Source: Rhizodiscina lignyota
Taxonomy: Eukaryota
Length of the DNA stretch: 64,000 bases
Assembly: GCA_010015805.1 (NCBI GenBank)
Contig: ML978122.1
Span: forward strand, 2,638,453-2,702,452
Direction of reading: 5' to 3'
Under the pieces are notes generated by a model. That model was given only the letters and a program-made list of their open reading frames with translations. It was not told the DNA's origin and ran no database searches. The translations under genes were made by a program, and so were the position numbers. Positions within the stretch are counted from its first letter, which is position 1. Every line of letters starts with the position of its first letter. This document shows positions 39,118-51,345 of this stretch, in pieces.

Positions 39118-40207
39118 CTACAGCTGTCCACGAGGGATGCGGCGGTGGCAACTGGAAAACTCTTGTCAGCATTCGCGATAAAGCTAGTGGTAATCTCCAA
39201 CAATGGGGTAGTTGAGATGGAAGAGACGTACGTTGAGGGCTCTGCTCCATGCTTGCTTGAGCCTTCCTCGGCCTTGGCCGGTGGAGTGTAGTGATGGTGT
39301 TCGTGATGGACTGGAGTTCCCTTGTGGGTCGTGACCGCACTCGAAGAGGAAGAGGGGGTCGCGGAGTGTACTGGGGTGCTGGACGGCTTAGTCTCGACCG
39401 CCTCAGCGGATGTGCTCGGCTTAGTAGAGTGGGTTGGTTTGGCAGACGTAGACGGCTTGACAGACTTGACCGGCTTAACAGAGGTGGTCGGTTTGGCAGA
39501 TGTGGTCAGTTTTGCAGATGTAGTTGGCTTGGCAGAGGTGGTTGGCTTGGCGGAGGTAGTTGGTGCAGCTGAAGTTGATGGCGCTGCTGAACTGGATTGG
39601 GCTGCTACGCTGGGCTCGGTGCCAACGTCTGATCCGGACCACTCGCTGCAGTCCACTTCTGTAGCATTTCCCACAGCAGCCTCAGTTCCAGCGCCATCGA
39701 AGAGGCTGTTTGCACCGGAGTTCAAGCAGAGGTCAAAGTTCACGTTTGCGCCCCACGAATTGGTATCTTCCAGCGTCTGCTGCGAGCAAGGCGGGTTGCC
39801 ATCGACTAAGGAACGCATCGAGAGTCAGCTTCTTTGCCTTCTAATTATTATTCAGCGTCTTGATATTTTAACTTACTGGGACACAAGTTGTTGGCCTTCA
39901 CAACGATGGACTTGCCGGCAGTCGGAACCTGGTTGCCAGAGGTATCCGTCTCAATTGTGAGCTTGTAGCATCTACCGCAAGCTGGACCAGCGCCGGCACC
40001 CGGGCCAACACCGAAGAGGTTCTGCGAGACGGCAGCAGCATAGCCATTGGTGTAGAAGCCACATGCTACAGTGGCGGAGTTACAGTTTCCAGAACCATCC
40101 TGGTCTCCAGAGCCATATTCGGTGAACGATGCCTTGTAGGTCTGGGCCTGGGCGGCAAGGAGGAGGCAAGACTGCACAAGTGCAGAACGAACAGAAAGTT
40201 TGAACAT
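39118..40207 (-). CDS. Secreted GH45 subfamily C (PcCel45A/expansin-like DPBB) endoglucanase with a Ser/Thr/Pro/Lys-rich tail
   Basis: Signal peptide; ASFTEY, ACG, YAAAVSQ..FG.GPG.GAGPACGRCY.L, IVVKANNLCP, GN..C, NFDLC, EVDCSEWSG; internal intron at about 39.81-39.87 kb; a likely 3' intron gives a stop at 39118 (unspliced stop at 39102). Confidence 0.8.
39400..39580 (-). repeat. 18-bp coding tandem repeat (K/A-P-T/S-T-S-A) in the GH45 tail
   Basis: APSTSA APTTSA KPTTSA KPTTSA KLTTSA KPTTSV KPVKSV KPSTSA KPTHST KPSTSA in the translation. Confidence 0.85.
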
Positions 40208-41520
40208 CTTGTCGTCAAGACTAAGGATCGAACTGAGCTATGCAGTTGATGCTAACAGGTAACGAGTGACAGAGAAAATAGCCTAAAGGCTCAAAAAAAA
40301 GAGAGACTGAAAGGAAGGTAAAGACCGACGTGGGGTTGGAATCACACTATGAGCGTAAAGAAAGAAGGAAAAGAAGAGGTAGGAGGAAGACATGTTTTAT
40401 GTAAAACTGCTTAGCCAGATCCGAAATGAAGCATCTCGCTTGGTGTCGATGAGGGGGAGCTGTGGTTAGCTCGCATGTCACATCGGTCAGGGCCGATGCG
40501 GTTGAGTAACGGTGTGACAATTTAGTAAAATGAGATCCGCCTGAACCCTACAGCGGCTGCGCGGTTACGTGGATGAGTATCGGCTGAAGTGTAAACAAGC
40601 TTTTCAATTCAAGAGTGATCAACGAGATCCCACTAGATATCTGCATTGTAGCAGCTTGACTACCCTGCCGGCTTGATACAGTGAAGATCGTGTGTCTGCT
40701 CTGAGAACCTGAAAGTTGGAGAGTCAAAGGCCGGGCTTTTGACGGAAGTGAAGGTGGCAAGGGTGGAGGTGGCGGACGGAGCGTCGACGGGATGTCGAAA
40801 CCGGAGAATTTCTACGAATCACATCACGACGGGTGGGATATTAAGCTCACCTCCTGGCACAACCGCCGCACAGTTCGTTCAGCTGAAATCTATTTTCTGT
40901 CGACGATGTTTGTGGTGACTTGCTGTTCATATCCTCAACGATTGATGCTAGAGCTGAAGTTCCAAGTGCTCGTTGTGTCGTATTTCTCTTTTGGTCCTCG
41001 TTAGGTACTCTAACTGGTCTATCTAAGAACTTCCACTACAAAAGCCGCGACAGCTGCAGGGGAAAGCAAGACATGTCACAGACTTCGGTCCTTTCGGTCA
41101 TGTCATGGTGTGATTTCCTCCGCCCGTGACTCGGAACGGAAGACGTTGCGGCGCCATCTCAATCTAAGAATATCAAATCGCCACTATCCATGCACGATCC
41201 GGACAACCCCTGATGATTTGACGCTATGTCCAGCCTTTTGGATGCACTCCTCGAGCCTTGAGACTTGGCGACTCGATCTATGCGAAGTATGGAGTATTGC
41301 CGTGCAATAATGGCAGCATCGTAGGCACTCTCGAGCTGACAAAATGTTTCTCGCCTAAGCATACAGAAACGCCCCCAGGTAGAGCAGCTCTGATACTTCA
41401 AGGTATGATAAGTGAAACTATCTCCGAAAGCTCAGTTGTACGATCTTCGGAGTATTCTAAATAATAGCGAACTACTAAAACACTTGTACATAAGAGTTGA
41501 TCTATCCACTGCCATGGTAC

Positions 41521-43599
41521 TCACCCCTCAAGCGGCACTCCTCCTTGGGCAAGATCTTGACGATGCATCTCTTCTGCTTCCTTTGCTTCCTTTTCCTTCT
41601 TCGCTTGAGCCGCCAACCGGTCCTTCTCATCCTGCTCCTTCTTCAGCGCTTCAATATTCAACTGGTCCTTCTCATCTTGGTCCTTCTTCAGCGCTTCCTG
41701 GTGCAACTTATTCTCTTCTTCTTTCTTCTTTACTTCTTCCTCTTCTTTCTTCTTCGCATCCTCTTCTTTCTTCCTCGCCTCCTCCTCCTCTTTCTTCTTC
41801 GCCTGAACTTGCTCCTTCTGCTCCTTCTCAAGCTTCTTGCGTTCTTGGTCCTTACGCTCTCGGTCCAATCTGATGCGGTCCTCTTCCGCTTTCTTCTTTC
41901 GCTCCTCCTGTGCCTTTTTCTTATCTGCAGCCTTCTTCTTTCGGTCTTCAGCCCACTTCTGCGCATCCAGTTCCTCTTCACTTGGGCCGTTGGCTTCTTG
42001 CTCTCTCGCATCCCACCACTCGTACAGATTGGGAGCGCCGTTCACAAGCATGTACACTGGGGTAGTGAGGAGCCATTCTTCCATAACGTCGTTGTCGACC
42101 TCCTTGAAATCGTCCAATCGCACTGTGTGGATATGATGGCGACGCTGAAAAGCAACCAGTGGATCCATCATCTCTGGGGTCTCTATCATCATGCGGTAGA
42201 GACGCTCCATAATCCCGCCTCCTGGGAATCTCCATCTCTTCAGCCCCGGCCCTGTTGGTGGTAAGTTAGCAAAGCAATTGGCTTAGAACGACTCAGAACG
42301 AACGGAGCTCTTACAGGCACCGTAGCGCGTCAACTCTCTTTCTATCTCAAGGATTTTGTACTTGTTAAAAAGCTCGTCCGTCGTTTCGAGCTTGCGTGCG
42401 TGGATATGCAGATTCAACACCATGATTTCAAACGCCCAGGGCTCACATTCGAAGAAGACATCCCAAAACGGTCGATCGTGGGCTTTCTCCACCCAGTCGT
42501 ACATGTCCATGAAGACAGCTTTCTCGAAGATCCAGGTCAACCTGCAACCCGTTATCAACTATGTTTAACGCGACAGGATGCAGTGTACGCACTCTTCCAG
42601 GTTCCAGTATTTTGATCCGAAACTCTCGGTGCTCCTCCCCAAGACCTTGGCGGTTGGGATCATGATGTTCGCACCACCCTGTCTTTCCGCATTTCTGCTT
42701 CGCCAAACAATCGGATCCTTGACTATGTTGTCGAAGATATCTCTGAAGCTGAAAGGCTGAACTGCGATTGCTTCTGAGTCTAACCACCATGCCCAGTCGA
42801 ATTCGAGTTCGTAAGCCGCGCTCATCTTCTTGATGCTCTGATATTTAAACTTTTGGTATTTAAAGTGCAGGCTGCTTGTATCCTCCTTCTCCACGAATGC
42901 GGAAAGCTCGATGGGGAGGAGATCGTACATATTGTAGAGGTGGTATTTAAGAGGCGGCCTCTCGTCAACGGACGGGTCGATGGGCCAACGGTGGTACTTG
43001 CGACCACAGGCTGGCATCTCGTTGAGGCGCTTACGGAATCTCCTTATCTCATCTTCGTCTGAGAGGATATACGCGATCTCGATTTTGTCGATATCGGTAG
43101 AGAGGCATTTAAAAGAATGCAGGGCAGTTATGGCTTGATCGAAGTGGCCACCCTATTATCGTGTTATTAAAGCTACGCTCAGTACGTGTAGAGGCAGGAT
43201 CTTTACCCATGTCGGAATGATCAACAAGTATTTAAGCTCGTCCAGGTGAAGAGAATGCGAAGGACGGTACTCGTGATAATAGCTACCATTGAAGTTTAGC
43301 AGACGGTCGTCGCCCGCGAGATTGTTTGGCGGATGCGCAGGCGGTGGATCGAGAATTGCAGCTTGCGGAGGAATATAGGGTTCCTCTGGTTTCTCCAATC
43401 GACCTGTATGGGGGCCCTTCGACGTATGTGAGGAGTTAAACAACGTATGAAACGACTCTCTGAACTTCGCGGAATCGAATTTGGGCAATTTGACTTTCGA
43501 AGCTTGGTGGCCGCCCAGGTGCACGATCCAGATTATGAGGAGGCCGGTTATTGAGTAAAGAACGATCTTGGACCCCTTCCCTCCATAGGCCCAAATCAT
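41521..43599 (-). CDS. Type II membrane putative GT-A glycosyltransferase (DUF6492-like) with a long K/E-rich C-terminal coiled coil
   Basis: N-terminal TM (IVLYSITGLLIIWIVHLG), Pro-rich stem, YLLIIPTW/GGHF, KFKYQSIKK, WWLDSE (DxD-like); exons join through GT-AG introns; about 140-aa charged tail. Confidence 0.65.
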
Positions 43600-43940
43600 C
43601 TTGCCTTCGTTGTCAGCAAAATGCCAAATGTCGGAATCGCATCTAATAATGGACTTGTGAATTTGTGAATCAAAAGTTTGCGATAGAGCACTGTATATCC
43701 TTGGCATTGGAATGCACTCTGCACGCGCTTGACACGTTCCCCTGGAATGCAGATCTGGCGCGTACCCTCACCAAGGGTTAAAAACGCTCTTCACGATAGC
43801 AATTCGAGATTCTAGATTAGCTATGGGTATCTGTGATTCCAGCTAGATCAAACATGGAATAGAGACGAAATTCCAGAGCCAGCGCTTATCATGCTAAAGC
43901 AAACATCGTACATACCGCGAATCATGCAAATCTCGTAGAC

Positions 43941-45505
43941 TCATTTTTTAGTAAAGAAATTCATGATATTGCCATGGCCCTGGCCCTTCTTTCCTTTTGC
44001 TGGAGCAGCACTTGGCAACTTCGTTTTCTTGGGCGGTGGTGCTGGTTCATCTTCCGAGAAGGATTCCCAAACGGGCTCTTCCTTCGTAACTAGCGTAAGT
44101 TGTCAGCTTTTACCGCGTCCTTGGCTTCTAGTAAGTGAGAGGAGCAATTAACGTACCGAGATAACCTTCTTCGTCCCTCGTAGTTTTCTTCTTTATGATT
44201 CGTCTTCGGCCTCGCCTTCGACCACCAGACACCTCTACATATGCCTCCTTCTCTTCTTTCTGCGGCGGGGGAGCTTTATCGATGGGTGCAGCTTCTTCCT
44301 CTTCTACAGGTGCCTCAGGCTCAGCTGGAGGTGCATCCGCCATCTCTTCGTCTGCGAGTGAGTTAGAATAAAGTAAGATTTGACAGCGCGTCAATGCATT
44401 ACCATCATCTTCCATCATCATCCTCAACCCCTCCTCTCGTTCTGCTCGTGCTTTTCGATGTGCTTCATCGGCTTCGGCATTGCTCTGAGGAACCTCGTCA
44501 TCCTCACCCTCGTCTGATAACATTGGCTCTGTTTCACATAAATTAGTAATGGGAGCAATTGAGCGCGAAAATTAGCATCTTAGAGCTCTTTACCATCTTT
44601 TGGTTGTGATTCGGCTGTGGAATCTTGCTTTGCCTTTGGTTTTGCCTTCGCAAAGGACTTGAAGATGTCTGACTTCTCACGCTTGATAGTCGGCGCTCCT
44701 TGCTTCGAAGTCGTCAATTCTGATATGGGTTTTGCATGTGCTCCCGCAGCAGTACGAACAGCACTGCCTCCGTCAACGCCATTCTTCATAGCAGTATCAG
44801 AAGGCTTGAGTTTCTCTGGCTGTGATTTGACTGCCGCGGCAGGTTTGGGGACGGCTTTGACAGCTGCGGGGGCTGCCCGTGGTGGCCGTTTGCCGCTTCT
44901 TCGTCTCACTCCTTTGTTTTGGATTACTCCATATGTCTTCCAGGCTTGTAAAGGATCCTCCGAGCCAAACTCCGCTGCGACGCGGCGCGAACACTCGGAA
45001 AGAAGCTTCAAATCATCTAGTGGCCCAGATGCTAGACCGTAGATGAACATTGTGTCAATCACTTCGAAAACTTCCTGCTTCTCTTCCAGCTCGCTCTCTT
45101 GGGCAAGCGCTGCGGCTCTTTGCATGATCTGCTCCTGCTGCTGCTCCTGCTCCTCAGGTTGCTCTGGCTCCTGCATCGAGCTCATGAATGGGCTACTCTG
45201 CATGATGCTGTCCTCATCATCCTGACTATGAAGACCGTTCGTTTGCGCAGGCGGTGCGGCTTTAGTGCCTTCGAGGTAGTAGATGGCGTGGACGGTACCC
45301 GGCTTTCTCGCATTCTGCGTTCGATGGAATTCGTATAGCATCTGCTTGGCGAGATTGACGTGGATCTTCATCGCTCTGCTGAGCAGGCGGAAGTCAACCT
45401 ATGCATCGTCCATTAGCTACTATTCGGCGCAGGTGAGTGGGATTGACGGACAACTCTGCTCTCATTGAGCACATTGACCGCTAGGTATTCCTTGTACTTG
45501 TCCAT
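43941..45505 (-). CDS. POL32: DNA polymerase delta subunit 3 (Pol32/Cdc27)
   Basis: MDKYKEYLAVNVLNE, LSRAMKIHVNLAKQMLYEFH, GRRRGRRRIIKKKTTRDEEGYL/VTKEE, terminal PIP box QGNIMNFF. Confidence 0.92.
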
Positions 45506-45797
45506 GGTTCTTTGCGAGAATGGAGCTCTGGTCGTTGTGGTTTACTCATGTAGGTTGGCGGGATCGCTGCGTACAGTCAACAACATCTTTTGCCCACGAG
45601 GTCAACAACAATTGCACAGGGTGCACGCGAAAGCGGAGTTAAGTTCGCGACGAGTCGCGTAAAGTGCAGGCGTGGGACGCGCCGGCCAATCAGGCGCCGC
45701 GTCGGCTACGGGAACTCGTTCCACAAATACAAGCCGTATTAAACGAGAAATCTCCAACTAGCATCCCAAGATCATGCCCTAAAGTTTTAAGACACTA
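45506..45797. promoter_or_regulatory. Compact bidirectional POL32/TBCD promoter with clustered MCB/SCB-like CGCG elements
   Basis: CACGCGAAA (45624), TTCGCGAC, TCGCGTAAA (45655), GACGCG, CGCGTC, a CCAAT and two GTCAACA within about 130 bp. Confidence 0.6.
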
Positions 45798-48700
45798 ATG
45801 GATACTACGGAGGACGATGACATTCGTCTCCAGAAAGCTTCTGCTTCGCTCATTACTGATCTCATCTCTGTCCTCGATACCATACTGTGGAGGCGGAGAG
45901 CACATGTCTCAGATAAACGGCGCGTTCATAGGCTTGTCAGGAGGCGGGATCTAGAGAAAGCTATTGCACTGGTAATTTGCTAATAAAAACGGTTTCGATA
46001 TGTCACTGAGAGAAGAGTAGATTGAGCCGTTCCAAGAAGAACCTCAGCTCCTGGATACACAGCTTAAAACTATTCTACCTCCGCTAATAAACGCCTATCT
46101 GGAATCTCTTCAAAATCAGGCCACTGCTCCCAAGCCGGAGACCTTCACGATTTCTTATGGCGTGTGTAAAATCTTGTACACCCTATGCAAAGTCAGAGGC
46201 GAGAAAGTCATCACCAGCTTCTTCAACAATGAAGCACGTTACCTGGAGGCAATTCTAGCAGCATACGAAGCTCTCAGCGCATCTGGTTCGGATATTCCGG
46301 ATAGTTCTTCTTCATGGGAAGAGCGCTATGTTCTTCTACTCTGGCTCTACCATTTAATGCTCGTTCCATTCGACTTGGCGAGTATATCATCAGATAATGG
46401 AGCCGGTGCATCCCAAACACCGACAACATTTGGTCTCCATCCTGCTCTGCCCGGAATTGCGTCTCGACTTCTGCCTGCATGCATGAAATGTCTGGAAAGT
46501 GCGACAAAAGAGCGCGAGGCCGCAGCGTTGGTGCTCGTCAGGATGACTCTGCGGCCGGACATGCGAAAGACTGGCCTACATGACGTTGTCATTACATGGG
46601 CGTTAGCAGAGTTAAAAGATAGCACAGAGGTCTCTGCTCAGATCCACGAACGGCTAGGCATCTTGCGGTTCCTCAGTGGCCTTACTGCTTCCGCAAGTCC
46701 CATTGAAATCCGAGGCCACCTGTTGAAAATTTACAGGACTTGTCAAGCCATCACCGACGATGACGGTCTTGCTCCACTACGATCGTCTGCGGTGGCCCGC
46801 AAGTTAATCATCAAGATCTTTCGGAACATAATTCTTCTCTGCCTGCAGTCAACGCCCCCTGATCTCGACACTACCACAGCACTGGAAGAAGTCATTGAAT
46901 ACCTCCTCAACGCTCTAGCGGACGGCGACAGTCCCGTGCGGTACGCTGCAAGCAAAGCTTTGAGTTTGATTACTCTGAAACTGGATTCTGCCATGGCCGA
47001 CGAAGTGATCGAGGCTATTCTAGCCAGTCTGAGTGAAGACGTTCTTTGGGAAGGAGCAACTCGCAACTTCACTGCAGTCAACCCTCTCCGCTGGCACGGA
47101 TTAACCTTAACGCTTGGCCACTTGTTATATCGACGAGCTCCAGCGGCTTTGAAATTGCCAGATATCCTCAACGCGCTGGTACTGTCGCTTCAGTTTGAGC
47201 AGCGTTCGGCGACCGGCAGTTCTATCGGCACCAATGTTCGTGACGCCGCCTGTTTCGGAATTTGGTCACTATCGCGAAGATACACAACTACCGAACTTCT
47301 CGCAGTAGACATGAAGGAGATTCGAACTGCCATGGCATTTGACTCCCATGGTGGTGTTCCTTTTTTCTTGGCCACTCAATTGTTAGTCGCGGCGTGCTTG
47401 GATCCAGCTGGAAACATACGTCGAGGTAGCTCTGCAGCCCTGCAGGAACTCGTCGGACGACATCCAAATATCATTGTTGAAGGCATTTCCCTGGTGCAGA
47501 CTGTGGACTACCATGCGGTAGGGCTGCGCGATCGTGCAATGATAGACGTTGCTTTTCTAGCGGGCGGTTTAGACCAAAGTTACTGGGACATTCTATTCTC
47601 TGCTCTACTCGAGTGGAGAGGTGTCGGTGCTGTGGATGCGGCATCTCGAGCGGCAGCGGCGAAATCGATCGGGCGCCTGTGTTTGAATCAATCATTCGGT
47701 CGGGTTCTCAAGCTTCTGGGCCTTCCAAGAGCTACGAACGAATCTTTACTGTGGAAGATCCATGCTTTAAAGACTCGGGAAGTAGAGGAGAGACATGGCC
47801 TTCTCTTGGCAGTCGCGCAAGTCCTCAATGTCTGCGTAGAGAGGTCGTCTTCTACTTCAAACGTCCAGGCAGACGACATTAAGCTTGCAGTAAGCCAGGA
47901 CGACTGCAAAGCTCTGGTCGAATTACTCGGCCATGTTAAATCCTGGAATCTACCAGCTCAACAATTCACCTCTGCATCATTTCGACCAGAACTCACAGCA
48001 TCTGCGGTTTGCACACTTCTAGCTGCCGCTACTTCAGCTGCGATTCGTGCAGACGGGAACGTCGCCTTTGACCCATCGTTCGAGCTGCTGCTGCGGGAGG
48101 CTAGTAGGCTTCTGCAGCTCTGTCTGACACGCAGCGAGCCTTCAGTCCTCTCCATCGTCCCCGCTTGCGCCAAAAATTTGTGCTCTTTCCCTGGTCCAGG
48201 CACCACTATTCGAGACGAACTTGTCACTTCTTGGCTCAGAACTCTAAAGCAAAGTTCTCGTCACGTCGACCAAGTCGCGGGCCATGCTCTAGCTTTGGGC
48301 GCGGCTTTTGGAACGCTACCAGATCGATCGGACCTGCAAGATGAGATCGTCGCTACACTCACGGCACGCTGCACAGATAAGGCCGAAATAGAAGCGAGAG
48401 TTCTTGCTTTGCAAGCCTTAGTACATGTCGTCGAGCCTCTTAGTATCGCTCGATGGAAAGGATTTGACGGGCATATTGATATGTTAGACGACCGAACGAA
48501 GAGCCAGCTGGAGCGAATATCAGAGGCCATCCACACTGCATTGAACGACTACACCGTAAGCGATCGAGGGGATGTTGGATCTCTTGTGCGACTCGAGGCA
48601 CTTAACACCCTTGAGAGATGCTGGAAGCTCCATATTCTCACGAAGGAGAGGAGGAGCTCTTCCCTTGGCGGGGATGTCATCAGGCTATCTCTTGAAAAGC

Positions 48701-49483
48701 TCGACAAAGTCCGTGGTCGAGCAAAGCAATGCCTTGAATCTGGCCTACCGGACCTTTCAGACCCAATTTCAGATCCAAGCGTCACCGTCTCATCTCCGGC
48801 TTACTTTGCTTTCTGGATGAAGAAAATGGTCGACGTCTCCTCCCCTCCTTTCCGGCACGCAATTCTTGAAGGATATGTCAGTTCCGCGGGAATGGGTTCG
48901 GAATCAGTCGTCCAAGTGGCTCGAGCCGCTCTGTTGAGCGCCGTAGACCCTCTGCTCCCGGAAAGCAATAACCAGCTCAGTCTCATTGCCGTTGCAAACG
49001 TCCTCATGGACGTATTCAAAAAGCACTTGGAAAATGATCGAATTTTGCTGCCTTTGCTAGAGATCATTGCATTCTTGTTAGACATGCAGATTCTCCAGCG
49101 TCTCGCTGAGACCACTTTCAAGTAGGCATTTGCCCTGATTGTTTCCAGATAATAGCAAAGATACTCACTCATCCTGCAGATGGCGCAACTTACTATCCCT
49201 CGTCCAGAAATCGCATTACAAATCGAACCACATGCACAAGCTCCATCTCGCATTAGATGTCTACCGCGGCCTCGCGGATGTTACGGTCATTCGAAAAGAT
49301 GTCACATCAAAACTCGTGAGCATGCTTTCACATCCATTTCCAAAGCTTCGGGTTGCTGCGGCGGAGACACTACTAGTTGTGACGAGCGACACGGCTCTAA
49401 AATCAGTCGACTGGTCAATGCCGACGAAAGCGTTATCTGCAGTGATAAAAGCGACCAAGGAAAGGCACGTTACTTCTTCTTGA
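45798..49483 (+). CDS. TBCD: Tubulin-folding cofactor D (HEAT-repeat protein)
   Basis: IEPFQEEPQLLD, LCKVRGEKVI, WEERYVLLLWL.HLMLVPFDL, WHGLTL, GTNVRDAACFGIW, NIRRGSSAALQELVGRH, DYTVSDRGDVGSLVR, L.HPFPK.R; introns near 45.97-46.02 kb and 49.12-49.18 kb. Confidence 0.95.
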
Positions 49484-49609
49484 GGCGTTATTTCTACTTT
49501 GGGAGGGAGAGGGGAACTTATGAATTTTACGAATCGGCTGCGGGCTGTTGAGTAGATCCCAAGCCATATCAAACGCTTTAAACGCATTCACCAATTCAAC
49601 ATATGCAGA

Positions 49610-51345
49610 TCAAAGCTCATCCGAGCCTCCCGCGCGAGAAGCACTCTCCGCTCTCCCCTGCCCCTCTGCCTTGGACAGCTTGAATCCGCTCGGAACCTTG
49701 AGTTGAAAGAGCTGCGACGGGTCGTACTCCTTGCTGACCTTCCTCATAAACTCAACATTCTCTTTGCCATAGCCTCCAATGGGGTCTTGCCACGGCCCGG
49801 CATAACTCATGTAGATGAAGTCACGAAGCAAGCCCCTCCGTGCGGCTTCCTCCTCTCCGCGCCTGTTCAGATCTTTGATCGCTTTATCCACCCTTTCCTC
49901 GTATTCCTCGGCGTCCCACGTAGCCAGTGAGAATAGGATAAGCGAGTCGCCATCCTCTTTCTTGAAACCCAGCGAGTTACGACCTTGGCCGTACGCCTCG
50001 CTCTGGATAAGGACTTGTTTAGACTGGGGCTGGAAGGCAGTGACGACGACGATCCCTGGGATGTCCATCATCGACGTTACCGTCTCGTTGAACATCTGCT
50101 GATAGTCCTTCATGAACTGTGCGTCGGGCTTGAACGTGAAGGTGCCGACTTTCACTCTCTTGCCATGGGGATTGCTCTTGTCAAGCTCTTCGTTAAAGTC
50201 TAACATCGTCGAGATCCGCGTGCTGTTCTGGAAGTTGTTCGGCAGATCAAGGAGCTCCTTGAAGTAAGCTGGATTCTCTTCGGCCTTGGTCCAGGTGAGG
50301 ATGTTCATCATGGACCACCCCATTCCGTCAATGTATGCGGTTTGCGCAACAAGAGCGGCGTGCGGATCGAAGACCTTGTCGTCGAGAGATTTCTCTATGA
50401 AGTCGAAGTACGCGTTTCGATTCTCTATGTCGCTTACTATGACGCCACCCCAGAATTTGCCTTGTTGGATTATTGTGAAATCAAAGCGGGTGACGACTCC
50501 GAAATTGTTATTGCCGCCCTTTAGAGCACGATACAGATCCGGATTGGAGGTCGCATTGGCACTGACGACTGCACCGGACGAAAGGACGACCTCATAATTT
50601 AGCACATGGTCACACGAAAAGCCATATCGAGGTGACAAGAACGAAATGCCGCCTGAGCGCCAGATTAGCCGAAGGCAAAATGTCTAGCGGGTTGAGAATA
50701 TTACCCCCCATAGTCAATCCTCCCATTCCCAAGTTCGAATCACGACCAGAGATAATCGTGAGATCCATCGGGTCAAGCTTCCCATACACTTCTCCCAGTA
50801 ACGTTCCGGGCCCGACGCTAACAAACGACTGGTCTTCCGAAATGGTGATATCATTCAGCTTCTTGAGATATACGACAACCCCATCTTCTATGTTAGAAGC
50901 TTTAGCGTGAGTCGCATGGGGCCCTGAGCGTATGGCGAATTTGCACCCGTCTTCCATCCCCTCTGAATGGGCCGCTCCGAGCACCGATATGGCAGTCGAC
51001 ACCTCAGCAACGTCTGATGGAATGACAACGCAGCGAGGAGACAGTTCTCGCGCATTCTGCATCCAGAAGGACTGTGTGTAGTCCTGGTACTCCGACTCGC
51101 CTTTTGAAAAGACCTTCCCCGGAAGAAGCGAAGAGATAGCATCGCACTGGACCAAGGTGAGCGAGCAATTTTAGGATTGTTCAAGTCTACGAGTTGCTTA
51201 CACATGATCCACTCTCTTTCAATGCTTTCGTGACTTCTTCCACACTCTGGAGAGGGATTTGAGAGTCCTGGGCAGTCGTCAAAGGTGGATTTAGCAAAGC
51301 CGCACAGGCGACCAGCAAGGTCAGCGAACTGGGCAGGGCAAACAT
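49610..51345 (-). CDS. FAD-binding oxidoreductase (berberine-bridge-enzyme/AA7-like) with signal peptide and C-terminal SDEL
   Basis: MFALPSSLTLLVACAALL signal; FAIRSGPH; VSVGPG; GMGGLTMGG; DLYRALKGGNNNFGVVTRF; YMSYA...QDPI.GYG; YDP..LFQ; two GT-AG introns. Confidence 0.88.

Noticed and set aside
39322..39960. 212-aa plus-strand ORF with VVGLAE repeats
   Set aside because: Antisense reading of the KPTTSA repeats of the GH45 gene.
41497..42264. 255-aa Leu/Phe-rich plus-strand ORF resembling a membrane protein
   Set aside because: It is the antisense shadow of the K/E-rich coiled-coil exon.
2203..43700. Starship or other giant mobile element
   Set aside because: No DUF3435 tyrosine-recombinase captain, transposase, terminal repeats or target-site duplication were seen in the window.
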